Assembly: GCA_030649055.1 (NCBI GenBank)
Contig: JAUSGH010000019.1
Location: 1,454 to 65,453, forward strand
Length of the DNA: 64,000 nucleotides
Source: a bacterium
GTDB taxonomy: Bacteria > Patescibacteriota > Minisyncoccia > UBA6257 > JAUSGH01
Direction of reading: 5' to 3'
Under the pieces are notes generated by a model. That model saw only the letters and a program-made list of their open reading frames with translations. It made no database searches and was not told the origin of the DNA. Shown here piece after piece: positions 36,493-46,660 of this stretch. The number at the start of each line of letters is the position of its first letter. Positions within the stretch are counted from its first letter, which is position 1. Position numbers and translations under genes: made by a program.

Positions 36493-36975
36493 ATGGATAT
36501 TGTCGCCATACTGCAAAGCAAGCCCGTGCTTATTGGCCTCCATCTCGGTTTTGCCATTATCGGCATTGACGCGTTTTTGTGGCTGTTGGGGAAATTGAAG
36601 GGGGATGGAGGGTCGTCGAAAGCCACGATCGTCACCGCTGCGATCGGCGTTGTTGCTTTCGTCGCGAGCTGGATTGCCGGCGGCTACTACTACGTCGTAT
36701 ATTATGGAACGTTGGTAAAGCCAATCATCAAAGCCGGTGTTGCGCCGTGGGTGCACAATATTGTCATGGAAACCAAGGAGCATATTTTCCTGTTCGTTAT
36801 TCCGCTTGCGATGACCGTATTGTTTATTACCCTGCTTCCGAAAGAGGACATGGATCGGCTTATGCTTCGCCGCATCGCTCTGTGGCTCGCCGGGGTTGTC
36901 GCCGCGCTCGGGCTTTTAATTGGCGCGATGGGGTTTGTTATTTCCGCCGCGGCCCGTTGGGGAGCAGTCAGCTAA
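36493..36975 (+). CDS. hypothetical membrane protein (4 TM)
   Basis: Hydrophobic 160-aa ORF. Confidence 0.4.
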   Translation: MDIVAILQSKPVLIGLHLGFAIIGIDAFLWLLGKLKGDGGSSKATIVTAAIGVVAFVASWIAGGYYYVVYYGTLVKPIIKAGVAPWVHNIVMETKEHIFLFVIPLAMTVLFITLLPKEDMDRLMLRRIALWLAGVVAALGLLIGAMGFVISAAARWGAVS

Positions 36976-36984
36976 CATACTTTC

Positions 36985-37305
36985 ATGGACAAACCAAAAT
37001 TAATTAGTTCATCGGCGTACGCGGCAATTTTGACCATTATTTTTGTCGTGGTCATTACCGTTTGGGCGGAATTGTCGGTTCCGCTGAAGGATTGGCTGAA
37101 GAATTTTTCCGGTCATCACTGGACATCAAAGAGTATCTTTTCCGCGTTGCTGTACGCGGGCGCCACTGCGGCGTTGTATTTGTCGCCCTATCAACACAAC
37201 GACAGTCGTCTTAAAAAAATGCTCGGACTTCTTTTGGCGTCTACGGCGCTTGGCACCGTCGTTCTCACGCTATTCTTTACGGGGCATCATTTCCAGCTCT
37301 TTTAA
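36985..37305 (+). CDS. hypothetical membrane protein (3 TM)
   Basis: Hydrophobic 106-aa ORF. Confidence 0.4.
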   Translation: MDKPKLISSSAYAAILTIIFVVVITVWAELSVPLKDWLKNFSGHHWTSKSIFSALLYAGATAALYLSPYQHNDSRLKKMLGLLLASTALGTVVLTLFFTGHHFQLF

Positions 37306-37308
37306 CGT

Positions 37309-37632
37309 ATGAAGCTCGGTATCATACTACAATCCAACAACCCGGAGCACATTTGGAACACATTCCGTTTGGGCATTACTTCCCTTAAGGCCGGTCACGC
37401 GGTGACCATCTTTTTGATGAGTGAGGGAGCCGAACTTGACACCATTGCTGACACGGAACACTTTGATATTTCCAGGAAGGTTGCCGAATACAAGGAATTG
37501 AAAGGAGGCCTCTATGCCTGCGGCACTTGTTTGAAGATCCGGGGTAAAAAAGAAAGCGGGGTTTGCCCGGTCTCTACCATGACGGATTTGCTCAAGATGG
37601 TTGAAGAATCGGATAAAGTGCTCGTCTTCTGA
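37309..37632 (+). CDS. DsrE/DsrF/TusD-like sulfur-relay family protein
   Basis: MKLGIILQSNNPEHIWNTFRLGITSLKAGHAVTIFLMSEGA...LYACGTCLK matches the DsrE-like fold and Cys. Confidence 0.55.
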   Translation: MKLGIILQSNNPEHIWNTFRLGITSLKAGHAVTIFLMSEGAELDTIADTEHFDISRKVAEYKELKGGLYACGTCLKIRGKKESGVCPVSTMTDLLKMVEESDKVLVF

Positions 37633-37738
37633 CCTAGCTATTGACAAAAATTTAGTTATCTGCTATACTTTTAGCACGTCATTAGATTCCTCGTCGAACT
37701 TCTATCGCACGTACATTATTAAGCAAATCAATCATCCT

Positions 37739-37939
37739 ATGAACGGAACAATCAAAACGCTCGTAAAGGAAAAACGGTTCGGATTTATCGCCCGCGAGGG
37801 TCAGGTAAAAGACCTTTTCTTCCATGCCAACGAATTGAAAGGTATCGAATTTGACCAACTGAATGTTGGCGATGCGGTCACCTTTGAAGTCGGGGACAGC
37901 GAAAAGGGCCCGAACGCAACGGGTGTGTCGCGCGCTTAA
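37739..37939 (+). CDS. cspA: cold-shock protein (CspA family)
   Basis: MNGTIKTLVKEKRFGFIAREGQVKDLFFHANEL with RNP1/RNP2 motifs. Strong terminator follows. Confidence 0.85.
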   Translation: MNGTIKTLVKEKRFGFIAREGQVKDLFFHANELKGIEFDQLNVGDAVTFEVGDSEKGPNATGVSRA

Positions 37940-37950
37940 GCGCCGATAAC

Positions 37951-37986
37951 AAAAACCCGGTCGCCTGAGGCGACCGGGTTTTTTGT
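37951..37986 (+). terminator. intrinsic terminator CCCGGTCGCC-tgag-GGCGACCGGG-TTTTTT
   Basis: Perfect 10-bp GC stem plus T-run. Confidence 0.8.
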
Positions 37987-38011
37987 TGCGCGAGTTTGTT
38001 ATAATAGAAGT

Positions 38012-38293
38012 ATGAATAAAAAAACTATATTGGTCGCGTTTGCGGTCGCGGTTTTTGTGTTACTCGGCGCGGGATATTATTATTGGAAAACAAGCACGCG
38101 GGAAGCTCCGAAGTCCGCGGCTGAGCAGGCGCTGGATGATCTTCAGCAAACGGCTGCCGGTGTTTCGGCCGATGTCGGAAGTAGTGTTGCGCCGGATGTT
38201 ACAACGCCGAATGTTAATCCGATTACAACCGATACGAACCCGTACAACAAAACCAACCCGTTCTCGGGTTTAAAAACTAATCCGTTTCAATAA
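38012..38293 (+). CDS. small secreted protein
   Basis: Signal peptide MNKKTILVAFAVAVFVLLGA and a T/P/N-rich tail. Confidence 0.45.
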   Translation: MNKKTILVAFAVAVFVLLGAGYYYWKTSTREAPKSAAEQALDDLQQTAAGVSADVGSSVAPDVTTPNVNPITTDTNPYNKTNPFSGLKTNPFQ

Positions 38294-38299
38294 AAAGTT

Positions 38300-40972
38300 A
38301 TGAATAAAAACATATTAAGCGTTTGTATTCTTATCTCCGGCATGCTGATTTCCGGCGCGATCGTCGGCGTTACGGGAATCGTGAACGCGCAAGAAACGGA
38401 TTCGGCGCCTGCCGGTATTCAATTTCCGATAGCGGAATTGGGTAACTGCGGAAGCAAGGAGGAGTGTAAAGTGTTTTGCAATGACTCGCAAAACAGCGAC
38501 GTGTGCTTCGCGTTCGCTGAACGGAATAATCTGATGAGCGCCGAGGAATTGGATCACGCGAAAAAGTTTAAGGATGGCGGAATGATCGGTCCCGGCAGCT
38601 GCAAGGGGCAGGCGGAGTGCGACCAATACTGTGGCAACGGGGACCACATGGAGGAATGCATCGCGTTCGCGCAAAAGAACGGAATGATGTCGTCTCGGCA
38701 ATTGGAAGAATCGCAAAAAGTGTTGGCGGCTGTCAAAAAAGGGGTGAAGCCTCCTGCGTGCGGCGGACCTAAACAATGCGATGCGTATTGCGGTAGTCCT
38801 GAACATATGGAGGAATGCATGAATTTTTCTATTGAGGCCGGACTCATGCCCGACAACCAGAAAGAGCAGATGCAGAAGACGCTTGCCGCCATAAAGCGGG
38901 GAGTGAAACCACCTGCGTGCCGTGGTCCGCAGGAATGTGATGCGTATTGCAGTAACCCCGACCACATGGAAGAGTGCGTGAATTTTGCCGTAGAGAGCGG
39001 GATGATGCCGGACAATCAAAAGGAGCAAATGCAGAAAACTTTGGGCGCGCTCAAACAGGGCATTAAACCGCCGGCGTGCCAGCCGAATCGGCCACCAAAT
39101 CAGCAAGGGCAACCTGGTGGACCCGGTCAGCAAGGTGGTCCGAATGAAGGCCAAGGTTTTAACCCGGGCTCCGGAGCGAACGGCAACGGTCCGGGTCGCG
39201 GTCAGGGCGGTCCGAGTGAGCAATTTAATCGACCGGACAATGGCTTGCCGTCGTGTGACCAGTATTGCGGCGAAGATAGCCACGTTGATGAATGTGTGAA
39301 ATTTTCCGTGGCGGTCGGCAATATGACGGAAGAGCAGGCGCAGGTTTCTATAAAAACCCGCGGCAAAGGTCCGGGCGGATGCGTGGGGAGGGAAGCGTGC
39401 GATGCGTTTTGCGGCAATCCTGACAACCAAGAAACCTGTTTTAATTTCGGAAGAGACAACGGAATGATTCCGCCTGAGGATTTGCAGCGCATGGAGGAAG
39501 GCCAGCAGCGTATGAAGGAATCGTTTTCGCAGATGCCGCAGGAAGTTGCGGATTGTCTCGCGACTTCTCTCGGCGCTGATGTTGTTGAAAAGATAAAGAG
39601 CGGATCCGGGGTCAATCCGTCGGTTGGCCGCGCGATGGGAGAATGTTTCCAAAAAAATTCTCCGCGGCAGCCGGATGGGCAGCAGCCCGGAGGGCCCGGT
39701 CAATTCGGCCAGTCGGGACAAAGCGGTCCGGGCGATCCTATGTCCGCGGATCTGAAAGAATGTGTTCGATCTCAAGTTGGAGAAGATGGTCTTACAAGAA
39801 TGCAGTCCGGAAATGTTGACGACTCCGCGTTTATGGAGAAAGTGCAAACGTGTTTTGAGAAATTCGGTCAGCCGGGTCAGTTTGGTCAACCTGGGCAATT
39901 TGGTCAGCAAGGACAAAATCAGACCGGACAGCAAAATGAGCAGATTCTGCCATGGGCGGATATGTGCGAACCTGATGGAAACGGGAATCCGACGGCGTTG
40001 GCGTGCGTTGACGGGACCGGAAAATTTGTAGTATCGGCAAAGGTAGGCTCAGATGGAAATCCGGTTTGTCCTGAAGGTTCGACGGCGAAGTGCGGTGATT
40101 ATCATCAGGATAATCAACGGAGTCAGTTTAATCAGGGCCAACCCGGTCAGAATCAAGATGATCGGGGTCAGTTCGGTCAACCGGGTGAGCCCGGACAGCC
40201 GGGCCAGCAAGGGCGGGGTTTTGGTCAGTTCATCAAAGGGTTCTTCGGGGGTCAACAGGATCAATCAAATCAGCAGGGTCCGCAGGGACAAAATCAGCCA
40301 GGTCTGGGCGGTATAAATCCGGGTAATCAGCAGATGCCGCAACAGGCCGGTCCCGGTGGCTGCAAAGGGCCGGAGGAGTGCCAAAAATACTGTACTGCTA
40401 ATCCGGAAGTATGTAAAAATTTCCAGCCGCCACAAAATCAACAAGGTCAGCCGGGACGCAATCAGCAGGGGCAACAACAAAAGCAAACCGGTCAGCGAGG
40501 ACAAATACAGCCTAACCAGCCTAAACAGCAAGGTGCCGGCTTGGGTCCCTGTGGTACGGGTCCGGGTACTTGTTCGGGTATAGGGCCTGATGATGTGAAA
40601 GGTAATAGGGGAAACGGCCCCGGCGGTCCTAACGAGGGACAAGGCTTTGATCCCGGCACAAGACAGCGTGGAGATGGCTCTGGTCAAGGTGGTCAACCCG
40701 GACAATCGGGACAGTTTCCTCCGGGAGGGGCATCGTCCGGACAATTCCCCTCCATTCCGCAATTTATACAAGGGCAACCCGGATCGACCGGTCAATTCCC
40801 GTCCCCCGGACAGTTTCCGTCCCCTCCGCAGTTTATGCAGGGACAACCCGGTCCGACCGACGGAACGCAACCCGGTCAGTTTGTGCCGCCGCCGCCGAGC
40901 CAATCCGGACAACCGGGACAATTCAATCCGCCCGTAGAGATGCAACCCCAACAACCGCCGCCGCAGCCGTAA
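38300..40972 (+). CDS. giant secreted Cys-rich repeat protein (about 7 copies of a ~57-aa C-x-G-x-x-E-C-D-x-Y-C-G-x-P-D-H-M-E-E-C-x-x-F module, Q/G/P-rich low-complexity tail)
   Basis: Signal peptide. Repeats include KPPACGGPKQCDAYCGSPEHMEECMNFSIEAGLMPDNQKEQMQKTLAAIKRGV. Tail has QPGQFGQPGQFGQQGQ runs. Confidence 0.6.
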   Translation: MNKNILSVCILISGMLISGAIVGVTGIVNAQETDSAPAGIQFPIAELGNCGSKEECKVFCNDSQNSDVCFAFAERNNLMSAEELDHAKKFKDGGMIGPGSCKGQAECDQYCGNGDHMEECIAFAQKNGMMSSRQLEESQKVLAAVKKGVKPPACGGPKQCDAYCGSPEHMEECMNFSIEAGLMPDNQKEQMQKTLAAIKRGVKPPACRGPQECDAYCSNPDHMEECVNFAVESGMMPDNQKEQMQKTLGALKQGIKPPACQPNRPPNQQGQPGGPGQQGGPNEGQGFNPGSGANGNGPGRGQGGPSEQFNRPDNGLPSCDQYCGEDSHVDECVKFSVAVGNMTEEQAQVSIKTRGKGPGGCVGREACDAFCGNPDNQETCFNFGRDNGMIPPEDLQRMEEGQQRMKESFSQMPQEVADCLATSLGADVVEKIKSGSGVNPSVGRAMGECFQKNSPRQPDGQQPGGPGQFGQSGQSGPGDPMSADLKECVRSQVGEDGLTRMQSGNVDDSAFMEKVQTCFEKFGQPGQFGQPGQFGQQGQNQTGQQNEQILPWADMCEPDGNGNPTALACVDGTGKFVVSAKVGSDGNPVCPEGSTAKCGDYHQDNQRSQFNQGQPGQNQDDRGQFGQPGEPGQPGQQGRGFGQFIKGFFGGQQDQSNQQGPQGQNQPGLGGINPGNQQMPQQAGPGGCKGPEECQKYCTANPEVCKNFQPPQNQQGQPGRNQQGQQQKQTGQRGQIQPNQPKQQGAGLGPCGTGPGTCSGIGPDDVKGNRGNGPGGPNEGQGFDPGTRQRGDGSGQGGQPGQSGQFPPGGASSGQFPSIPQFIQGQPGSTGQFPSPGQFPSPPQFMQGQPGPTDGTQPGQFVPPPPSQSGQPGQFNPPVEMQPQQPPPQP

Positions 40973-41018
40973 CTCCTGACGCGGTAGCAACCCCGCGGGC
41001 GTTTTCTCCGCTTTATTT

Positions 41019-43781
41019 TTGTTTGTTCGCGGAAGCGGCACGCATGCAATGTGCTACAATGAAGGCATGAATGGCTGTAATAATTATGCGTATTGTACAT
41101 CAGCGCGACGGTTTGTCGCGGGTTTTATTATGTTCGCGAGTTTATTTCCGGCCGGTTTTTCGCTCGCAGTGTATAGTCCGATTAATTATTTTCAAATTAC
41201 TTATTCGCCTACGGTGTTCAGTAAAACTCTGATAACGAACGGGGGGACTTTTACCGCCACAATTAAAAGCAAGGGCGTTGCAACGCAAAACCCTCCATCT
41301 TCAGCGGATGCGGTCAGATTTTCATATCGTTACACTGCCAATAATAAAGCAACCGGTAAGGAGATCGTGTTGAATCCGTTACAAACTCTTACCGTAGAAC
41401 CCTTCCCGCAAAAACAGGGAGAAAGTTATTCAGCGACGAATGTAGCGTCGCTGCGGTTTCCCGCAGGGAGCGCCTCGGGCGATTATACGGTGGTTGAGAC
41501 AATTACCAATATTGAAATGAAAGACTCCGGACTTGATTGGCGACCCGCTCCTAAACCCTCTAAACCCGCTCCGCCCACGAAACCCTCCGCGCCGTCACAA
41601 CCAACCCAGCCGTCCGGTCCGGGGAGCGGGGGAACAGAGTCGTCACAACCTACGCAACAATCTAAACCCACCAAACCATCAAAGCCACCCGAGCCAACAC
41701 GGCCATCTGAACCCACAAGACCGGCAGAACCGACTGCGCCTCCGGGACCTCGCCGTGAAATAGGGACGGTAACATATGCGCCGGCAGTTGCGCCGGAACC
41801 AATGATCCCTGCGCCGGAGCCGGAGTTAGCAACAGAACCGGAATTAATACCGGTTTCTGATCTCAAGGCAGCGCCGGCAGCAAGATCTACTGTAGCCGCA
41901 TTGGCTCTTTCGCCGGCTTCTGTTATTGGTGGCGCGACTTCAGTCGGTAAAATTACATTAGTCAAGCCCGCGCCCGTAGGCGGTCAGGAGGTGATGTTGC
42001 TGTTGATGGCCCCCAATAACACCTTGTCGTTTCCCGCGAAAGTGACAGTGAGTGCTGGCGCAACAACCGGTATTTTTAATATCACGACCAAGGCAGTAAA
42101 TTCGCCGTTGAATGTGACTATTACGGCTACGTTGGGCATGGGTAGTCCAAAGCAAGCCGCTGTATTAACCATTAACCCGACACCGATTCTAACCGTGTCC
42201 GCGTTGTCTATATCTCCGGCAACGGTTACGGGCGGTGACTCCGCAATTGGCACGGTGACGTTGAGTGGTCCCGCGCCTACCAGCAATAAAGTTGTGCGGC
42301 TATCTGCTTCGCCAAGCGATTCGCTAATAATTCCAGGGAATGTGGTTGTGAAAGCTAGTGAGACGTCGGCTACGTTTGATATTAAAACCAAAAAGGTTAC
42401 ATCTGCTGCGAGTGCGATTATTACAGCCACACTTGATAGCTCCCAAAAAACCGCTTCGCTTACGATCAATTCGGCGCCTGCGGTTTGCGCCGGCACATGT
42501 GTCCGCTCCGATCAGCCGGGTCCTTCGGGTATGATGGGTCAAGGAACCGATAGTTGTCCGTCTGCGAAGACCGGTTCTTATAGATGCCGGTTGTTTAGTA
42601 CGTGCTATTATTACACCCCACAGGTTTGCTATGTTCCCATCCCAATTCCTCTTATATTAAATGTTTCTCCGGCATCAGTGATCAATAACACTTCCGCGGT
42701 CGGCACCGTTATTTTGGGTTATCCCGCGCCTGCCGGCGGGCAAGTTGTGCAATTGTCGGCCAACACCTCTGCTGTAACGGTTCCCACGAACGCGACAGTC
42801 CCGGCTGGAGCGACAATGGGTACTTTCGAGATTAAAACCAATACGGTGAGTTCAATCGCGCGCGCGACCATTGAGGCAACGCTGGGTAATTATCGGGGAA
42901 GTGCGACGCTTACCGTTGAACCGACTCCGCCGCCGCCAATATTCGCGTTTACTGTGTCTCCGAATAGTCTCGTGAACGGCGGATCTGCGGTCGGCACAGT
43001 GACGTTGAGTAATCCTGCGCCTGCCGGTGGTCAAGTCGCGCAGTTGTTAGCGAATCCAACAGGTACCATTACGTATCCTTCAATTGTAAGGTTTCTCGCC
43101 GGCGCGACAACGGGCACGTTTAACATTCAGGCTACTAAAAAGGTGACCGCGCCTCTTACGGTGACCATTACGGCTACGCTGAATAACTTTCAGAAAATTA
43201 CTACGTTCATAGTGAATCCGACGCCTCCGCCACCCACCATGTCTGCGGTGACTGTATCCCCGGCGCAACTGGTTGGTGGCGCCGCCGCGGTCGGCACGGT
43301 CACTTTGGATAGCGTCGCGCCCGCTAACGGTCAGGTGGTGATGTTGTCGTCTAATACCTTTGGCGTCTCATTGTATGGCGACACATTCACTACTTCGTGG
43401 TATTCGTGGTCGCCGCCTCCTCCGCAAGTAACAGTGAAGGCCGGAGCTACAACGGGCACGTTTAAAATCCAAACCAATAAAGTCAGTTCACTCGTAACCG
43501 CGGTCATTACGGCCACGGCAAATAAGTCGCAAAAAACCGCTCAATTCACGATCAATCCGGCACCCGTAGCTTGCACTGACAGTGATAACGGAAGGAATTA
43601 TACCGTGAAGGGATCCGTTAAAACCGCGACGTTCTCCGGAAATGATAGTTGCGACGATTCTAAGCTGGCTGAATATTATTGTCTGAATTCGCCAAGTGCA
43701 TATGGCGATATGTTTGGCGTAGTCGAATATAACTGTCCGAATGGTTGCAAGGACGGGGCGTGCTTGCCGGCTCCACGCTGA
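41019..43781 (+). CDS. large cell-surface protein with proline-rich linker and about 7 tandem ~95-aa Ig-like repeats, Cys-rich C-terminus
   Basis: Repeat pattern SP-x-SV-x-GG-x-SAVGTVTL-x-PAP-x-GGQVV-x-LSAN...AGATTGTF-x-I-x-T...ATL...KTA-x-LTINP. Linker PAPKPSKPAPPTKPSAPSQPTQP. Confidence 0.6.
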   Translation: MFVRGSGTHAMCYNEGMNGCNNYAYCTSARRFVAGFIMFASLFPAGFSLAVYSPINYFQITYSPTVFSKTLITNGGTFTATIKSKGVATQNPPSSADAVRFSYRYTANNKATGKEIVLNPLQTLTVEPFPQKQGESYSATNVASLRFPAGSASGDYTVVETITNIEMKDSGLDWRPAPKPSKPAPPTKPSAPSQPTQPSGPGSGGTESSQPTQQSKPTKPSKPPEPTRPSEPTRPAEPTAPPGPRREIGTVTYAPAVAPEPMIPAPEPELATEPELIPVSDLKAAPAARSTVAALALSPASVIGGATSVGKITLVKPAPVGGQEVMLLLMAPNNTLSFPAKVTVSAGATTGIFNITTKAVNSPLNVTITATLGMGSPKQAAVLTINPTPILTVSALSISPATVTGGDSAIGTVTLSGPAPTSNKVVRLSASPSDSLIIPGNVVVKASETSATFDIKTKKVTSAASAIITATLDSSQKTASLTINSAPAVCAGTCVRSDQPGPSGMMGQGTDSCPSAKTGSYRCRLFSTCYYYTPQVCYVPIPIPLILNVSPASVINNTSAVGTVILGYPAPAGGQVVQLSANTSAVTVPTNATVPAGATMGTFEIKTNTVSSIARATIEATLGNYRGSATLTVEPTPPPPIFAFTVSPNSLVNGGSAVGTVTLSNPAPAGGQVAQLLANPTGTITYPSIVRFLAGATTGTFNIQATKKVTAPLTVTITATLNNFQKITTFIVNPTPPPPTMSAVTVSPAQLVGGAAAVGTVTLDSVAPANGQVVMLSSNTFGVSLYGDTFTTSWYSWSPPPPQVTVKAGATTGTFKIQTNKVSSLVTAVITATANKSQKTAQFTINPAPVACTDSDNGRNYTVKGSVKTATFSGNDSCDDSKLAEYYCLNSPSAYGDMFGVVEYNCPNGCKDGACLPAPR

Positions 43782-43803
43782 TGGTGTCTTGCCGGCTTTT
43801 TGT

Positions 43804-44319
43804 TTACGGCTTTTCCCGCACCACGATAAATCTCCGCTTCCAGCCTTTTAAGAAATCCGATTCGGAAATACTCCGGTCCTTTTTAATTCCGTACGCGGGG
43901 TCGTGATATATCACTGTGCCGTCGTCGTGAATGCCCACAACGACAATGAGGTGACCCAGCGTTGTTTTGGGATTGAACTTGTTGTGGATGGACACCATGA
44001 CCGGTCCTCCGGTCAAAAATTCTTTGAGCTTCGCGAATGCGGCATCGTTTGTCGCGTTCCAGAAGTCGTAATTTTTTCCGGAAAGGCCGTACAAATCTGC
44101 CAGCGCGGCTAACCGTTTATGATTCCAGCCCACATCCTTTGTATACGCGCCAAATTCCAGCGCTTCTAACAGCAGCTTTGTTACCGACACGCGTTTTGCG
44201 GTATAGAACTCCAGCTGCATGGCTAAGCTTGCCACGCCGCAGCCCTCGCGCTGCCACTCCACCTGAGGAATGTCCTGGAATTGCGAGTAAAAGGGGACGT
44301 TGTCCGCGTGAATAATCAT
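43804..44319 (-). CDS. C39-like (papain-fold) cysteine peptidase domain protein
   Basis: GCGVASLAMQLEFY candidate catalytic Cys and GHLIVVVGIHDDGTVIYHDP candidate His/Asp. 171 aa. Confidence 0.5.
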   Translation of the reverse strand: MIIHADNVPFYSQFQDIPQVEWQREGCGVASLAMQLEFYTAKRVSVTKLLLEALEFGAYTKDVGWNHKRLAALADLYGLSGKNYDFWNATNDAAFAKLKEFLTGGPVMVSIHNKFNPKTTLGHLIVVVGIHDDGTVIYHDPAYGIKKDRSISESDFLKGWKRRFIVVREKP

Positions 44320-44394
44320 AGGTTATATTATAGCACTCCACGTTATTCTTGTCAATGGTAGCTAATGATGCGCTAAAAACGCTACAATAGAGTC

Positions 44395-46248
44395 ATGTGG
44401 CAACGTATCGTACGGCGGCATCGTTTGGTTATTCTCATCATTCTCATGCTCGCCAGCATCGGCGTATTGGGCTTGTCGTATGAACAGCAATACCGCGGGA
44501 GATTTTATCCGGGCGTAATTCTTGGGGGCATTGATGTTGGCGGGAAGTCTTATGGGGACGCGCGGGCGTTGTTTGAGCGGCGCGCCGGCGAGTTCGCTGA
44601 GCACGGGCTTGATTTTATTTTTGAGCGTGGCGACAAACAAAAAGAAGTGCGGGTGCCCGCGTTTATCGCCGGTCTCACTCCCGACAACCTTGTGGTATAT
44701 TTTTCGCTTGGTAATTGGGCGGCAACCATTCGTGATGCATACGCCTTCGGCCGGACGGGTTCGTTGTGGCGCCGTGGCACGGAGCAATTCGGCGCGCTTG
44801 TCTCCCGCAAAAATATTGACATGCCCGGCACCGCAAACAGAAACGCCGTGCAGTCGCTGTTGAATCGCGAACTTGTAAAGTTCTTTTCAACCGCCGCGCC
44901 GGCGCAGTTTGTTAAAAGGGGTTCGCTCATGGTCATTGCATCGGAAAAAATCGGCGAGCGGGTGGATGACGCGGAGATATTTGATGCCATAAGTCGGAAC
45001 CTCGCCGTGTTCGACGCAAGCGTCATTCGCTTGCGCGCCAAAACTGAAACGCCAGAAGTGACGGCGGAAAAACTTGAGCCGTTTTTGAAGCTCGCGAATG
45101 ACATCGCCAATTCGGCCCGTCTGACCTTTTATTATCGGGACGCGCGCTGGCGGGTGAATGGCGCGACGCTCGCAAGCTGGCTCACGCTCAAGAGTTCCCG
45201 CGAAATCGGTATTGATACCACGAAGCTCAAAAATTTCCTCGACAAAACCGTGGTGCCGGTTATCAACGACCCTCCGCGCAACAGCCGTTTTGAAATGCGT
45301 TCCGGCACGCTCGTCGAAACTATTCCCGGAAAATCCGGCAATGTGGTGGATATTGAGGCGACGGTGCGGCATGTGGAAAAGGTGGTGTACACGGTACAGC
45401 GTTCGTATGCCCAGAACGGTAATTTGTATCTCGCGCTCGTTTCGGCAAACGCGCAGGTGAACGTCACCGCGGATAGCGGCGCAATGGAAATCCCCATTGA
45501 AACCATTGAAGCCAATCCGGAGATCACTAAAGCGACTATTGAGGAATATGGCATTCGGGATCTTGTCGGCTCCGCGAAAACAAGTTTCAAGGGAAGCAGT
45601 TCCGACCGGCGGCATAACATTGAAATCGGCGCCGCGAAGTTGAATGGCATACTCATCGCGCCCGGGAAAGAGTTTTCCGCGGTCACCTCCATCGGCACCA
45701 CTAGCGAGGCGGAAGGGTTTCTTCCCGAATTCGTCATCAAAGAAAATAAAAGCGTCAAAGAATTGGGCGGCGGACTTTGCCAGGTGGCGACAACGCTTTT
45801 TCGGCTCGCGTTAAATGCCGGACTTCCGGTCACGGAGCGGACTAACCACCGCTACGTTGTGTCATATTACGGGCCGGGGCTGGACGCAACCATCTACGAC
45901 CCGAAGCCGGATTTGAAGTTTGTGAACGATACGGATACGTATTTATTGTTGCAGGGAAGAGTGGAGGGCGATGAGGTAGTGTTTGAGCTGTATGGCCGGC
46001 GGGATGGGCGGTTGGCGTTGATTTCTGATCCGATATTGACGGATGAACTACCGGCGCCGGACGTAAATTATGTTGCCGCTCTCGATTTACCCGTCGGAGA
46101 GATTCAGTGCAGCGAGACGCCGCGCAAGGGGATTACCGCCGATGTCACCTATACGGTGCGCTATGTATACGGAGAAATAAGGGAACAGAAATTTCACAGC
46201 GTGTATCAGCCGTGGCAACGCATTTGTCTTGTGGGATTACTGCAGTAA
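44395..46248 (+). CDS. VanW-family protein
   Basis: N-terminal TM. C-terminal VanW box LGGGLCQVATTLFRLALNAGLPVTERTNH. Confidence 0.7.
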   Translation: MWQRIVRRHRLVILIILMLASIGVLGLSYEQQYRGRFYPGVILGGIDVGGKSYGDARALFERRAGEFAEHGLDFIFERGDKQKEVRVPAFIAGLTPDNLVVYFSLGNWAATIRDAYAFGRTGSLWRRGTEQFGALVSRKNIDMPGTANRNAVQSLLNRELVKFFSTAAPAQFVKRGSLMVIASEKIGERVDDAEIFDAISRNLAVFDASVIRLRAKTETPEVTAEKLEPFLKLANDIANSARLTFYYRDARWRVNGATLASWLTLKSSREIGIDTTKLKNFLDKTVVPVINDPPRNSRFEMRSGTLVETIPGKSGNVVDIEATVRHVEKVVYTVQRSYAQNGNLYLALVSANAQVNVTADSGAMEIPIETIEANPEITKATIEEYGIRDLVGSAKTSFKGSSSDRRHNIEIGAAKLNGILIAPGKEFSAVTSIGTTSEAEGFLPEFVIKENKSVKELGGGLCQVATTLFRLALNAGLPVTERTNHRYVVSYYGPGLDATIYDPKPDLKFVNDTDTYLLLQGRVEGDEVVFELYGRRDGRLALISDPILTDELPAPDVNYVAALDLPVGEIQCSETPRKGITADVTYTVRYVYGEIREQKFHSVYQPWQRICLVGLLQ

Positions 46249-46298
46249 ATGCAAGCGCCGGCCCCGCATTTGCGAGACCGGCGTCTTGTGCGACGAAC

Positions 46299-46559
46299 CT
46301 ATCGGCAACCGCGGTCGCGGCGCCAGCGATGATCGTTTCTGGGCGGCGGATCGCAGCGCGGCGGAGTATACCTCGGCGGGTTGTGCCGCGGACGGTTCCA
46401 GTTGTCACTGGGGCAGGCTCCCTGCTCGTGGCGGTAACCGCACCGTCCGCAGCGGTCGTATTCCACGCCGACGTTGACGCGCCAATCGATGCCATTGCAA
46501 CCGACGGCGCCGAGGCCGAGGGCGATGGCAAAACCGAGACAGAGCACGACGCGCTTCAT
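46299..46559 (-). CDS. small Cys/Pro/Arg-rich putative lipoprotein
   Basis: MKRVVLCLGFAIALGLGAVGC signal with possible lipobox. High-GC region with many overlapping ORFs, so uncertain. Confidence 0.3.
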   Translation of the reverse strand: MKRVVLCLGFAIALGLGAVGCNGIDWRVNVGVEYDRCGRCGYRHEQGACPSDNWNRPRHNPPRYTPPRCDPPPRNDHRWRRDRGCR

Positions 46560-46660
46560 GGGGTTCTCCTTTCAAAAAAACCAATCGAAGCACCGATCTA
46601 CTATAGCACAAGCATGCGGAAAATGAAAAGCGCTTGGTTTATTCAGTTCGTCAGTCGGCA

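Noticed and set aside
38315-39934. 539-aa minus-strand ORF opposite the Cys-rich repeat protein gene, and 40265..41041 minus ORF
   Set aside because: Antisense to a strongly periodic repeat-protein gene. The R-rich low-complexity translation is typical of antisense GC-rich DNA.
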